Below the pieces are notes generated by a model, which saw only the letters and a list, made by a program, of their open reading frames with translations, searched no databases and had not been told where the DNA came from. Positions 9,710 to 21,281 of a stretch of DNA of 64,000 nt are shown piece by piece. The position numbers and the translations under genes are program-made. The DNA is from Chloropicon primus. Its lineage: Eukaryota. Location: positions 310,001-374,000 of the forward strand of contig CP060771.1 in assembly GCA_023205875.1 (NCBI GenBank), read 5' to 3'. Each line of letters opens with the position of its first letter. Within the stretch, counting starts at the first letter, position 1.

Positions 9710-11674
9710 TTAAAGGCTCAGGTAGAGATCAAGATACCTCTGAGCGCTCTGTGTCCAACTGAAATCCGTCTTCATGTTGGAAACCACAAGATCTTCCCAC
9801 ACGGAAGCTCTGGTTTTGTAGCATTCGATCGCCCTGCACAATGCTCCGTCCAAGCTCCCCTCGTCCGTTCCATCAAAGGTGAATCCATTCTCTTCGTCCT
9901 TGACCGTATCCGCGAGACCTCCTGTCCGCCTGACAACCGGCACGGCTCCATACCTCATCCCGACCATCTGGGTCAGGCCGCAAGGCTCGAAAATTGATGG
10001 GACCAGCACGACATCTGCCGCAGCGAACAGAAAGTGGGACAAGGCTTCGCTGTAACCCACGATCAGCTTCACGTCCGGGTGGTCCTTGAAATCGTGCTCG
10101 GCGAGATGCCGGAAGTCTCCGTCCGCGTGCCCAGAGCCCAGCAGGACGAACTGCCCCCCCTGCTCCACAGTCTTCGAGATGGAGTGCCGAATCAGATGGA
10201 TACCTTTTTGCGGCACAAGCCTGGTGATGCAGACAACAAGCGGCTTTCTCTCCCCCCTTTGGACTGGATCAGCGAGTCCGAGACCGCTCCTCACGTACTT
10301 TTGAAGAAAGTACTTGCCCTTGAGATTTGAGGTCGAGAAAGGCACGGGAAGGTAAAGATCGCGAGCAGGGTCCCACATCACATCGTCTATGCCGTTCAGG
10401 ATGCCATGGTACTTGGATTGGTACTCGGCGAGCGTTCCGCTCAGCCAGCCTCCCTGGCCCGTGCTCGTCTCTATCGCATACGTTGGAGACACCGTGGTCA
10501 CCACATTGCTGTAAACAACCCCGCCCTTGAGGAGGCTCAATCTTTCCGGGTTGTGACCTATAGTCCTCTCATCCAGGGCCTTCTCCACCGTGTTAAACAT
10601 GTCTCCGCTCATTCCGGTCACGCCAAACTCCTCTGCCCTGCATTCCCCCGTGTTGTCCATGTTATGAATGGTCAAAACAATCCGGGGCTTGTGCAAGCCC
10701 TCCTTGTTGTACTTCTCCCAGTACAGCATGGCTGCCGCAGAAGTCTGCCATTCGTGCAGGTGGACAATGTCAGGCTGGCGGCCAGAAACCTTCAAGAACT
10801 CGAGGCCCGCCCGGCAAAAGTAAAGGTACGCTTCGGTCTCGTTGTAACTCCCGGCATACACGCGCCCCCCCTTGAATATGTTGCACTCGCTCCAATCCGG
10901 CCTGAGCAACACCATCTTGATTCCCTCGCAGGTTGCCGTATAGACTTGAGTTTTCAGCGATCCCACCTGAAACTGACCGTCCCACTCGTAACCTCTGGGC
11001 ACGTCGTACTCGAACTCGAACTTGAAGTCATCCAGCAAGCCCTCGTCGATGCATTCGTAGAAAGGCAAGATGATCTCGACGTTGTGCCCCCTTGCGGTGC
11101 AGCTCCTCGCGAGGCCCGTAACCACGTCGCCAAGGCCCCCGACCTTGGCCAACGGAGCCATTTCTGCTGTGAGGTGCACGACCTCCAGCTGGAAGCCGTC
11201 CACTTTTGTTCCTTGCGCCTCCGACCTCCCCGTTCCCGACTGCGTCCTTATCGGAATGCTCTCCCAGAAGGGCTTGGCATCTGCTGGGCTCGGGAGATCA
11301 ATCGAGTCGTAGTCCACGACCTCTTCGGTCACCTCCGGCGCTTCCGAAGCCGCCTCCGAAGCCTCAGGCGTGAGCAGCAACTCCTCCCGACCGATGAATG
11401 CCTCAAGCTCCGCAATCCTTTCCTTCAGCTTGGTGTTCTCCTCGATTAGTTGCCGAAGCTCGGCTTCTTCCCCACTGCCCTCCGAGGCTCCACAGCTCAC
11501 CCACCTCCTTCCCAAGCCAAGGTGTCTGACAAAACTCCTCGCAGAAGAAGAAGAAGAAGAAGAAGAAGAAGAAGCTCTTCCCGCTGCCCTGGTTCCGGAA
11601 ACGCTCACCGGATGCCTCAACAACGGCGTGCCACACGCCGAGGGGGTCACCAAAAACGATCTCCTTCCCTTCAT
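9710..11674 (-). CDS. Plastid soluble starch synthase (GT5, SSIV-like)
   Basis: Transit peptide, short coiled coil, AEMAPLAKVGGLGDV, PSIFEPCGLTQM, RRTGGLADTV. Confidence 0.9.
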   Translation of the reverse strand: MKGRRSFLVTPSACGTPLLRHPVSVSGTRAAGRASSSSSSSSSSARSFVRHLGLGRRWVSCGASEGSGEEAELRQLIEENTKLKERIAELEAFIGREELLLTPEASEAASEAPEVTEEVVDYDSIDLPSPADAKPFWESIPIRTQSGTGRSEAQGTKVDGFQLEVVHLTAEMAPLAKVGGLGDVVTGLARSCTARGHNVEIILPFYECIDEGLLDDFKFEFEYDVPRGYEWDGQFQVGSLKTQVYTATCEGIKMVLLRPDWSECNIFKGGRVYAGSYNETEAYLYFCRAGLEFLKVSGRQPDIVHLHEWQTSAAAMLYWEKYNKEGLHKPRIVLTIHNMDNTGECRAEEFGVTGMSGDMFNTVEKALDERTIGHNPERLSLLKGGVVYSNVVTTVSPTYAIETSTGQGGWLSGTLAEYQSKYHGILNGIDDVMWDPARDLYLPVPFSTSNLKGKYFLQKYVRSGLGLADPVQRGERKPLVVCITRLVPQKGIHLIRHSISKTVEQGGQFVLLGSGHADGDFRHLAEHDFKDHPDVKLIVGYSEALSHFLFAAADVVLVPSIFEPCGLTQMVGMRYGAVPVVRRTGGLADTVKDEENGFTFDGTDEGSLDGALCRAIECYKTRASVWEDLVVSNMKTDFSWTQSAQRYLDLYLSL

Positions 11675-12776
11675 CCCGATGGCGTGTCGAATAATCCGAA
11701 AATATTGTGAACAGCTTACCTAGGAGGATGAGTACCCTTCGATGTATTCACTGAAGAAAGATGCAGAGAGGGGATCCACTCGATGTTTCAAACTTGAACC
11801 GGAGCCCTTTCCATCGCGCTGCTTGCGCTTGATGCCCCTCGCTCTCCTTCTGAAGACACCTTTGTGCCATCACGAGACAGACAGACGAAGAATCAGATCA
11901 CTTCATCAGTTTTTTTTTATCCTCTCCAGACCACCAAATCTTTCTTGAGACCATTCGTTCGAAAGAGGAGAGAGCGATGCTTTCTATTGTCGCAACGAAC
12001 GTCGTATTCGGCCTCGTCACCGTCGTCCTCGCCGTGGTAACGGACCTATTCCTCCTCTCCCTCTCTCTCTGTCCTCCGCTGCCTCTTGAGCTGTGAGCCG
12101 TACGATCCCAAATTTGGAATGCCAAATTTTTCATTTGGCGTCCAATTGACCTCTTGATCAAGGGGGGGGAGGTTGAAGCGCCAGGCTTCTTCGAAGGAAC
12201 ATTGAAGAGCGAGGAGCTTGAAGGCGGCAAAGAGGGCATATTTGATCACTCGTACGTCTCCAGATCTTTCGAAAGAGCTCTCACTCGAGTGTTTTGACGC
12301 AGGGAGTGATCCACGACGAGGAATTTGGGTGGTGAGCCGAGGTGGGAGAGGAAGGGGGCGAAGGTGCTCCGTGTAGGGGGCAGGAGGGAGTCCAAGGAGT
12401 GATCAGGGGGCCTAGGGCTGGCCTGAGGCGCTGATCTCTTCGATTCTCTGCTTCGGTTTGGTTTGTTTTGACCTCTGTGAACCAGAAGCTCTTGAATACC
12501 GAGAGTTGACAACCTGGAAGGGAGAGAAAGATACTTTTGTTTTCAGGACAGGAACTCAGGTTTGCCGTGGAATCGAAGGCGGAGGACGGGCCAGAGGTAT
12601 GGTGGGCGCCTGTATCAGAGGTATCGTGAACGGTGTCAAGAGCTGTGCATCGAAGGTATGCAAGTGTGCTTGCTGCGGAGCTCAGTGTGTCGTATGCTAA
12701 GCCTTGGTTCTGACAGAACAGCGCAAGAGTAAGGGGGGAACGGGCTCTTTGGACAGAGAGAGAGGGAGGGAGGGAG

Positions 12777-15001
12777 ATGGAGAGCCTTTTGACCGATGAG
12801 AGCTCGCCGGTTTGGGTGGTGAGGTACATGAGCGAGAAGGAGGCGGATACGCTCATCGAGCTGTGCACTAGGAAACTCGAGGAGCACGTTCGGACGGGAG
12901 ATGAGGAACTGGAGTTCAAGCACTCCTACCGAGCTCTGCTCTTGAGGGCAACGGCATACGTCAAGAGAGGGAAGTTTCACTTGGCCCTCGAGGATTACAA
13001 TGCCATGCTGCGGTACAACCCAAACAACACGGACGTTCTATACAACAGGTAGGCAACGAAGACTTTTTGTGTTTTGGATGGCTGTGTCTTGGAACTCAAA
13101 CTGGAACTGGACTGACTGGGGCCCTTGTCTCCCTTCCCTTTCGCAGAGGCATCGCTTACGAGAAAGTTGGACGGATCGATGATGCCATCATTGAGTTCAC
13201 CAAAGTACTTCAGCTTGAGCCTGATCACCTGAACGCCGCGTACGCGAGAGCTGCTTGCCAGAACTTGCGTGGCGAGTTCGAGGACGCCATCGATGATTAC
13301 ATGAGAGCCCTCCAACTGGAGCAGAAGCAAGCGCCAGTCAATGGGGTGTACACCCCAGTGAGCGGAGTGAGGAGACAAAGGAGCAGCAAGGACTTGGCGG
13401 AGGAAGAGGGGAAGGCGCCAGCAGGGAATGAGAGCGAGGACGATGACATCAAAGCGAAGGCCAGCCTGATCGCGCAAGAGACGTCGAAATTTGTGGAAGA
13501 GGAGAACAACGCTGCTCACGGGCACAGCAGCAGTCCACAAAATCGATTCGGTGGGCTGGACCCTGCCCTAGGGGCCTCGGAAGGAGATGCGATCCCCAGA
13601 GATACTCCGGCAACGGTGAAGGTGAAGCTGTCGCTCTCCAGGGATCTTGACGTGGTGACCTCGAGCGCGAGTCCTGATGCCATGGATCAAGCTGCCGAGA
13701 AGGACTTTTCGACCAAGAGTCCCGAAGGGGAACTCACGGCGGACGATTGGTACAAGAAGGGCCTGCAAAGCAGGAGGACAAAGAATTTCAAAGCCGCGAT
13801 TCAGGAATACACCCAAGTCATTCTTTTGGACCCTGGGCACTTCAGGGCGTACTTCGACAGGGCCTTCTCGTTCGACAAGCTTGGGCACACGGAAAAGGCG
13901 GTCGCCGATTACACGAACGCGATACAGATCAACACGACGAATGCGAACTCGTATTACAACCGAGGCATCGCCCACGACAAGATGCAGATGTACGAAAAGG
14001 CTATCGCTGACTTCACTTCCGCGATTGAGCTCGATCCAACGAACGCGGACTTTTACCACAACCGCGGATTCTCGTGCAGGAAGCAGGGCAAGTTCAACTT
14101 GGCCTTGGAGGACTACATGGAGGCCATCAGGAGGAACCCAGATCACAGCAGAGCGTACTACAACCGGGCGTTTGTTTTGGAAAGGCTTGGGAACTTCCAG
14201 GAGGCGATCAAAGATTACACGACGGCCCTGGAGCTGGAACCGAGAAATGCGATCGCCTTGCACAACCGCGGTGTGCTGTACGAAAGGCTGGGGCACATCG
14301 AGAAGGCAAATGCTGACTACTCCACCGCCATCATCCACGACCCAAAGTCGGCAATCTCGTACCACGCGAGAGCCATCTTGAACGCGAACAGGGGCGCGGA
14401 GGACGCGGAGAATGATTTCGACATCGCCATATCGATCGAGCCGAGCAACCACTTGTACATCAAATCCAGGGCAACGTACAACAAGGAGAAGGGGCGTTAC
14501 GAGGACGCGATCAAAGATTACACGAAGGCCCTTGAACTGCAACCGAGCGACTTGCAGTGCGTGACGAACCGTGCGTACTCTAACAGAAAGCTGGGAAGGC
14601 ACGAGATGGCGATAGAGGACTACACCAGAGCGATATCCTTGCAGCCAAAGAATGCCGGCCTGAGAAGCAATCGAGCCTATTGCTACGCGAACATCGAGAA
14701 CTTCAAAGACGCGATCAGGGACTACAGGTTCGTCCTCAGCGCCCAGCCAAACAACGCCAGGGTGTACCACAATCTCGGAATTGCGCTGGAGAGGGAGAAC
14801 CAGCTCGAGGAGGCCAAGCTGTGTTTTGACAAGGTCATCAACCTCGATCCGAAGAACGCGTCGGCGTTTTTCATGAGAGGAACGATCTGTGACAAGCTCA
14901 AGCTCGTTGACAAGGCCATGCAGGACTACTCCAAGGCCCTGAAACTCGAGAAGGACCATCAAATCCCAAAACAGAAGAACGTTTCGATCGAAAGCCAGTG
15001 A
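12777..15001 (+). CDS. Tetratricopeptide-repeat protein (intron 13049-13146)
   Basis: Many 34-aa TPR units (YYNRG...AIADFTSAIELDP); GT-AG intron joins ORFs in frame (YNR|GIAY). Confidence 0.88.
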
Positions 15002-15248
15002 CACCCTCCGGTGATCAGCATTCTTTTTTATGTAATAATCTTGTAAGTAGCAAGCACCAAAATTGGAAAGAGCAAAAAAACTATGAAGATACCATGCCAC
15101 CAGGCACCACTGGCGTCGCCCTCAAACGCCCTCATCGCCTTCATCGCTTTGTGCAGTTCTTCCATCGTGTGGCACTTTGGCGAGGAATTGCATTCATGTC
15201 GCGTCCTAGTAATTACCCAGTAATCTAGTAGTCGCTTCAGCAATTTGA

Positions 15249-15818
15249 TCACATTTCCTCCTCGCTGCTGCTGAAGTCTTCCTCGTCGTCTGATCCTCGG
15301 TTCTCCTCAATCCACTCGGCGACGTCATAATGCTCGTACTCCTCTGCCCATTCTATGCACTCCACAAAGTCCCAAGGGCAAGGCGGATCTTGACTGCGAA
15401 GCCACATGAGAATATCAAGCCGACCTCCTCTAGCTGCTGCTTCACAAGTCCGCTCTGCCCAAGGGCAAGGCGGGTCCTGGCTTCGAGCCCACTGCAGAAC
15501 ATCAAGGTGACCTCCTCTAGCTGCTGCTTCACAAGTCCACTCGTCCCAAGGGCAAGGCGGGTCCTGGCTTCGAAGCCACTGCAGGGCATGAAGGTGACCC
15601 CCTTCAGCTGCATCCGTCTTCAGAGCAACCTTCTTCACAGGGTTCGCCGTCGCCGTCGTCACCACCTCAAGAAACGTCCTGCAGGTCAAACCAAAACCAA
15701 GGTGATCGTAATCGTCCAACTTCTTCACGACCAGGACCCGCGCACTCCCTGGCAAAACCTCCAACGCATGCTTGGCCTCCATTCTCCGCCTCTTGCTCGC
15801 TCCCCTCGTCACCGCCAT
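15249..15818 (-). CDS. Short F-box-like + ankyrin-like repeat protein
   Basis: Three 27-aa repeats GGHLDVLQWARSQDPPCPWDEWTCEAAA; N-terminal FGLTCRTF segment; acidic tail. Confidence 0.75.
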   Translation of the reverse strand: MAVTRGASKRRRMEAKHALEVLPGSARVLVVKKLDDYDHLGFGLTCRTFLEVVTTATANPVKKVALKTDAAEGGHLHALQWLRSQDPPCPWDEWTCEAAARGGHLDVLQWARSQDPPCPWAERTCEAAARGGRLDILMWLRSQDPPCPWDFVECIEWAEEYEHYDVAEWIEENRGSDDEEDFSSSEEEM

Positions 15819-16444
15819 CCTTCGAGCGTTACGCTCCCTCTTCCTAACGCTAACGCTTCGCTTCCTCACCCGAGCGTCACATCCTTCGAGAGAGGCTTCT
15901 TTCGAAAGGTCAAGACACGGATCTTCCCTCTGTTGCTTCTCCCTTCGCCTCTTCCCTCGTCCTCGTCCTCTTCTCTCCTCTCTCTCTCCCTCTCTCCGCC
16001 TCTCTCTCGCTCTGCTCCGCTCTGCTCTCCCTCCAGAGAATCCTCACCACTGCGTCGTTTCCTTCGAGTGAGGGCTCGTTCGAAAGAGCGAGAGATGCTG
16101 CTTCTGCTCTTCCGCTCCTCCTCCTCCCTCTCCTCCTCTGCCGCGCTCTCCTCGCCGCCTTCTCCTCTCTCTCGATCGTGTGGCTCACAGGAGTCTTTGT
16201 CTATCCAGTTCAGTTGGCCGAGAGAGAGAGAGAGAGAGGAGAGAGCGACGAAAGAGGCGACGAGAGGCGACGAGGAAGGGGATTGGGACGGAGTTGAGGG
16301 AGACAGACGGAAGCTTTGTCTCTCGATCATTCGAAAGAGCGTTCGGTCGAAAGAAACGGATCCCGTGGTGACATCATCCACTCCATTCCATTCCATTCCA
16401 AGAAGGGGAGGTGGAGGATTGATTGGATTGGAGAGAGAGGAGGG

Positions 16445-17668
16445 ATGACGACGACGGCGATGCGAGTGATGGGTCCAGAGAAGGTGTCTCGAGTGAAGAG
16501 GTCGCATGGGAGAGGGACCTGTCGAAGGGGGGACCGCTCACGCGTGGTGTTTCGTCAGAGGCAAGCGGGTTGGGCGAGGTGGAGGCCTGGAGTGGAGAGG
16601 AGAAGGGAGGTGGCGGGTTGTGAGGGATGGCGCTCGTTGGTTTGCCATGCCACTCCATCCTCGACGGCCCTTGGCGAGAGCTCACTGTTCAAGAAGGCGG
16701 ACATCTCTGCGGAACACTTTGAGGACGCGAGGAACAAGGAGAACTGGGATAAGCTTGCACAGGTTCTGTCCTCGAAGCTTGACATAGAGGTGGACTCTCC
16801 TCGTATTCAGCACTACTACCTGCCGGTGTACATGTGGATCAAAGCGAAGATGAGGGAGCACAAAGAGGCCACGTCCTACTCCTCCTCCTCCGAAGAGGCT
16901 GGGCCTCCCTTGTGCGTTGGCCTCAGCGCGCCGCAGGGCTGCGGCAAGACGACCCTCGTGACTGCGTTTGAGGAACTCTTCGACAGCGAAGGCCTCACTT
17001 GTGTTTCCATGTCCCTGGACGACTTTTACCTCACGAGGAGGGAGCAGGTTGCCCTGGCTGAGAGCCACTCCGAGAACGAGCTCCTGCAGGTGAGAGGCAA
17101 CGCGGGCACGCACGACGTTGACCTTGCCATGAGTCTGATCGAGAGCGTCAAGAGTGGCACGCGGACAGAGATCAAGGTGCCTTGCTACGACAAGACTGCT
17201 TTCGAGGGAAAGGGCGATAGGCACGAGGAGAGCAAGTGGAGGACCTACGACGCGTCCAAGGTAGACGTTGTCCTCTACGAGGGTTGGATGCAGGGCTTCA
17301 CCTCCATGGGTGACGACAGCAAGTTGGGAGAGGTCCACAGCGGCATTCCTGAAGTGAACAAGTACCTCGACAGGTACGCCGAGATGTGGTCCCTGATGGA
17401 CATCTGGCTGATCATTCAGGTGAAGCAGCTGGACTGCATCTATTCCTGGAGGCTGCAGGCCGAGAAGGCCATGAAGCAAGCGTTCGGGGAGGATAAGGGC
17501 ATGACCGACGAGGAGGTCAAGGCTTTTGTGGACAAGTACATCCCGGCCTACAAGGCCTACCTCCCGGATCTCTACGATGCTGACAAACACATGGATAACT
17601 TGGGCTGCAAGAGCCAGGACGACGTCTTCATGTTCGAAGTCGACGCCACGCGATCGCCAGTAGAATAA
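16445..17668 (+). CDS. GLYK: D-glycerate 3-kinase, plastid type
   Basis: P-loop GLSAPQGCGKTT, SLDDFYLT, RGNAGTHD, EGWM, WRLQAE. Confidence 0.9.
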   Translation: MTTTAMRVMGPEKVSRVKRSHGRGTCRRGDRSRVVFRQRQAGWARWRPGVERRREVAGCEGWRSLVCHATPSSTALGESSLFKKADISAEHFEDARNKENWDKLAQVLSSKLDIEVDSPRIQHYYLPVYMWIKAKMREHKEATSYSSSSEEAGPPLCVGLSAPQGCGKTTLVTAFEELFDSEGLTCVSMSLDDFYLTRREQVALAESHSENELLQVRGNAGTHDVDLAMSLIESVKSGTRTEIKVPCYDKTAFEGKGDRHEESKWRTYDASKVDVVLYEGWMQGFTSMGDDSKLGEVHSGIPEVNKYLDRYAEMWSLMDIWLIIQVKQLDCIYSWRLQAEKAMKQAFGEDKGMTDEEVKAFVDKYIPAYKAYLPDLYDADKHMDNLGCKSQDDVFMFEVDATRSPVE

Positions 17669-17770
17669 TGAATGAGCCCGCACTAGCATAAATAGCGTAA
17701 GCCAAGCCAACGAAGAAGCGTTGCGTGCGTTTGGAATAAATCACAACATTTTCTACAGCAATAAATAAAG

Positions 17771-17801
<31 letters not shown>

Positions 17802-17814
17802 GACATCAAAACCC

Positions 17815-18225
17815 TTAGAAGGCCAGCAGCGCCCACGCGCTCATGAAGCAGAGGCCACCAAAAGGAGCTCCCCAGCCAAACTGCATGTTCTCCGTCAGAG
17901 CTGTGGCGTAGCAGCTTCCCGAGAAGAGAACGATGCCACAAACGCACAAGAACCCAATCAGGTTTGGCCTCCTCGTGTACGGCGCCACGGCCAGAAGCAG
18001 GTTGTGAAAAAGGTGGTAGTTGTTTGCAGTGTCGTAAACTTTGATGTACTTTGGGTCTGAGGGCGAGAACAAGTGAGCACCATAAGCACCCAGCATAACT
18101 GCGAGGACGCCAAGCAGGGCTGCACACAAGTGCCAGAACGACCAAGCTGGCTTTCCTCCTCTCCTGGACTCCTCTCCTTGGGACAAGAGAGGCTCCAACA
18201 CAAACCCACCGCTGCTGCTCATCAT
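17815..18225 (-). CDS. DUF423/TMEM256-family membrane protein
   Basis: LGAYGAH, YHLFH, LFSGSCY, APFGG motifs. Confidence 0.85.
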   Translation of the reverse strand: MMSSSGGFVLEPLLSQGEESRRGGKPAWSFWHLCAALLGVLAVMLGAYGAHLFSPSDPKYIKVYDTANNYHLFHNLLLAVAPYTRRPNLIGFLCVCGIVLFSGSCYATALTENMQFGWGAPFGGLCFMSAWALLAF

Positions 18226-18975
18226 TCACCACGCTCTTCAGAAAAAATTCTTAAGCCCTCTGCCCTTCTCTGTCTCTCTCTGTCTCTCTCTGTCTCTCTC
18301 TTTCTGTCCAAAAGTAGCAGCAGCACCACCACCAGCACACGGAAGTTGGTTAGTCAAGTACTCGAGTCGAGTGAGAGCTCTTTGGAAAGAGGAGATCTTT
18401 CTCCTTCCATTGGTCCGCGGATTCCACCTTCCAACCGATGCTTCCTCCACTCAAACCCCAATCCTCGTCACTGGAGAGCACTCTAGTGGTGTCTTTCCTG
18501 GCAACATCTTGGACCCATTCAAAGCATTCTCGGTGGCAGTGTCCAGTATGAGCACAACATGGAGCAAGTGAATACTCATTGGAAAGAGGACGACCTTCTC
18601 TTTCCAAACATGTGACATTTACCTCCTTCACCTCTCGTCCTCGTCTCCTGTTCGTCGCTCAAACTCACCTCAAGTGGTCCACAGCCTGAAAAGGTCCAAC
18701 TAAATGGATAAAATCGAGAGAGAGAGAGAGAGAGAGAGAGGAGTGAGGGGGAAAGAGGTATGATCATGCGATGGAGGGCGCTGCAAGAGAAGGATCGGTG
18801 ACTCGAGTGTTGTGACATACCATTGGAAAGATTGTCTCACGATCTTTCCAACGGTATCGCCCATGACAGATTTGGTGCTCTGGTGAAGTTTTTGTACTCG
18901 AATTACTGACTTTTGCGCTTGCCTCGGATGGATGGTTTGCTCGTGACAAGGAGGTGATCCAGGACGGAAGGAGCG

Positions 18976-19566
18976 ATGAAGAGTGTGTGCGTGTTTGCTG
19001 GGTCTTCCAAGGGAGTGTCTCCGGCTTACGCCGAGGCGGCGAGGGCACTGGGCAAGGAGATCGCGAAGAGGAACCTCAAGATGGTGTACGGCGGCGGAAA
19101 CATCGGGCTGATGGGAGAGTGTGCTCAAGCAGCTTTTGACGGAGGTAGTGAAGTGGTTGGCGTGATACCGGAGAGGCTGGTGTACAAGGAGATCTCCGGT
19201 CAGACTGTGGGGGAAACACGCGTTGTGAAGGACATGCACGAGAGGAAGGCCCTGATGGCGGAGCTTTCGGATGGATTCATTTGCTTGCCTGGGGGGTGGG
19301 GGACGCTCGAGGAGGCCTTTGAGATGGCCACGTGGCAGCAGCTCGGCTACCACAACAAACCCATAGGCCTGCTCAACATTGGCAACTACTACGACGGTCT
19401 TCACCAATTCATACAGCACGTGGCCTCCCAGGGATTCATCAGGGACACCCACAAGGACATCATGCAGGTCGAGGGCTGCCCGGCGAGTTTGCTCACGAGG
19501 CTCGAAGAGTACGTGGCGCCCGAGGACATTGTGACCATAATTCGTTCGGAGAGCCAAGGCAAGTAG
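18976..19566 (+). CDS. LOG: LOG-family nucleotide phosphoribohydrolase (cytokinin riboside monophosphate phosphoribohydrolase-like)
   Basis: VCVFAGSS, VYGGGNIGLMG, MHERKALM, PGGWGTLEE. Confidence 0.9.
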   Translation: MKSVCVFAGSSKGVSPAYAEAARALGKEIAKRNLKMVYGGGNIGLMGECAQAAFDGGSEVVGVIPERLVYKEISGQTVGETRVVKDMHERKALMAELSDGFICLPGGWGTLEEAFEMATWQQLGYHNKPIGLLNIGNYYDGLHQFIQHVASQGFIRDTHKDIMQVEGCPASLLTRLEEYVAPEDIVTIIRSESQGK

Positions 19567-19655
19567 GTGGTTTTCGATCCCCCCGCCGTCGCTTTCGGAA
19601 GAAGAAAATGGTATCGTTCTTTAATACAATTTTTTATGGTACACATTCTTTTGTT

Positions 19656-20912
19656 TCACAGCAGCTGGAACTGCATGTTGCCCTCCCAAAAAGCGACCAC
19701 CGAGCTGAGAGCCGCCGTCGCCGTCAGAAAGCCCGAGAACCCGAGCATGGCCACCCAGGCCCACGCAACAGGATTCTTTGCCTCCAATGACTGGGCCCCC
19801 TTCTCTTCTGCGGATTTGGACATCCTTAGGTACTTCAAGTAACTCCTCGCCAGCCCTGACCGAGTCGGTCCCCCTTCCCTCCTCAGCGTGTCCGGCGGGT
19901 TGGCCTTGTACAGCTGCAGAGCCTTTCGTATGGACTCCTCCGAGATGCCCCTAGCTCCCCCGCCGTTGATGCCCTGAAGCAACTGGTGCATCGTGGCAAA
20001 GTCCGGCTCCGTCGACAAGACCCTTTCCCTTTGTTCGCACAAAGCGATGACGCCGACGTACAGCGGAAACAGCGGAGGGGATGCGAGAAAGGCGTCAAAG
20101 AGCCTCACACACTCCTCTAGGGCTTGCACGTCGTGAGAAAACCACGTCAGCCTCCACGACAAGGCAAAGTGGCAAGGAACACCGCTGCTCCTGATGTGGT
20201 CGTGAAGCTCCCGGTCACGCCTCTTGAGCAAATCAAAGACAAGCTCAAGGCTTTCCAGAACAGGAATCAGGTCGCTTCTCGTGCAATCTCTCAAGTGGTG
20301 CTTCACGAGGTGGCTCACTTGCCATTCCAAGGAGAGAAAACAGCGAGACAGTTGGTTTGTCAGATCAATATCAACAACAAGGATAGCATGAGACTTACGA
20401 ACTGCAAGAGTGAGGTTCTCGTCCTCCAGAACCAGAAGGAGGACACTCGCTATGTCGTGCAACCCCTGGTAGTAATATACATCTTGGTCCTCCACTTCAT
20501 CGCACGTCATCAACATCCCCCTGTTGTTGTCCAAACCAGCACCAACAACACAAGCGTTCAGGATCCTTTGCAATGCTGGCCTCTTGTGGACGTGACGGAA
20601 GAGGCAACGCTCCACATCGCAGGCAACTACATGCGTGTCCCTGTGTCTCCCCACTCCTCGGAGCGTTACAACTTTGTCCCGCGGAGGAGTAACCGATACT
20701 CCAACCAGTAGGGGCCAAGCAAACTTCCTCAAGTTGTGTCTCTGTCCCAGTCCTCGAACAACGGAGACTTGTCTGAGCTTTCTCAAACTTTTTTTTTGGT
20801 CCCCCTGCTCGTCATTGCGATGGAGCAAGATCTCATGCACGAGATCCTGCGCCACCCCCTCCTCCTCCCGCTTGCCTCCTCCTCCTCCCTTCTTCTTCCG
20901 CTTCTTCCCCAT
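19656..20912 (-). CDS. TBC-domain Rab-GAP, TBC1D20/Gyp8-like (probable in-frame intron 20318-20398)
   Basis: DVERC, YYYQGLHDIASV, FALSWRLTWFSH, RLFD; C-terminal TM segment. Confidence 0.85.
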   Translation of the reverse strand: MGKKRKKKGGGGGKREEEGVAQDLVHEILLHRNDEQGDQKKSLRKLRQVSVVRGLGQRHNLRKFAWPLLVGVSVTPPRDKVVTLRGVGRHRDTHVVACDVERCLFRHVHKRPALQRILNACVVGAGLDNNRGMLMTCDEVEDQDVYYYQGLHDIASVLLLVLEDENLTLAVRKSHAILVVDIDLTNQLSRCFLSLEWQVSHLVKHHLRDCTRSDLIPVLESLELVFDLLKRRDRELHDHIRSSGVPCHFALSWRLTWFSHDVQALEECVRLFDAFLASPPLFPLYVGVIALCEQRERVLSTEPDFATMHQLLQGINGGGARGISEESIRKALQLYKANPPDTLRREGGPTRSGLARSYLKYLRMSKSAEEKGAQSLEAKNPVAWAWVAMLGFSGFLTATAALSSVVAFWEGNMQFQLL

Positions 20913-20922
20913 GATGGTGGCC

Positions 20923-21225
20923 CTCTCTCTCTAACTCATCTGTCACTGGAGGGGCTCCATCAAAGGAGAGGAGGAGATGAAGGAGGGAGGAGAGAGATGA
21001 AGGAGGGAGGAGGAGAGAGATCCATGATTGACCTCCTCTGCATCTCTTCTTGTTCCTGAATCTTACTCTCTCTCTCTCTCTCTCTCTCTAACTCATCTGT
21101 CACTGGAGGGGCTTCATCAAAGGAGAGGAGGAGATGAAGGAGGGAGGAGGAGAGAGATCCATGATTGACCTCATCTGCATCTCTTCTTGTTCCTGAATCT
21201 TACTTTCTCTCTCTCTCTCTCTCTG
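20923..21225. repeat. Imperfect tandem duplication (~157/140-bp units) bounded by (CT)n tracts
   Basis: ctaactcatctgtcactggagggg...ttgttcctgaatcttac occurs twice. Confidence 0.9.
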
Positions 21226-21281
21226 TGTTTCATTGGAGGTGCTGCTGCTGCTGCTAAACAAAACAAAACAAAACTTTGGGA

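Noticed and set aside
11543..11573. (GAA)n tract
   Set aside because: Ordinary microsatellite encoding poly-Ser in a transit peptide
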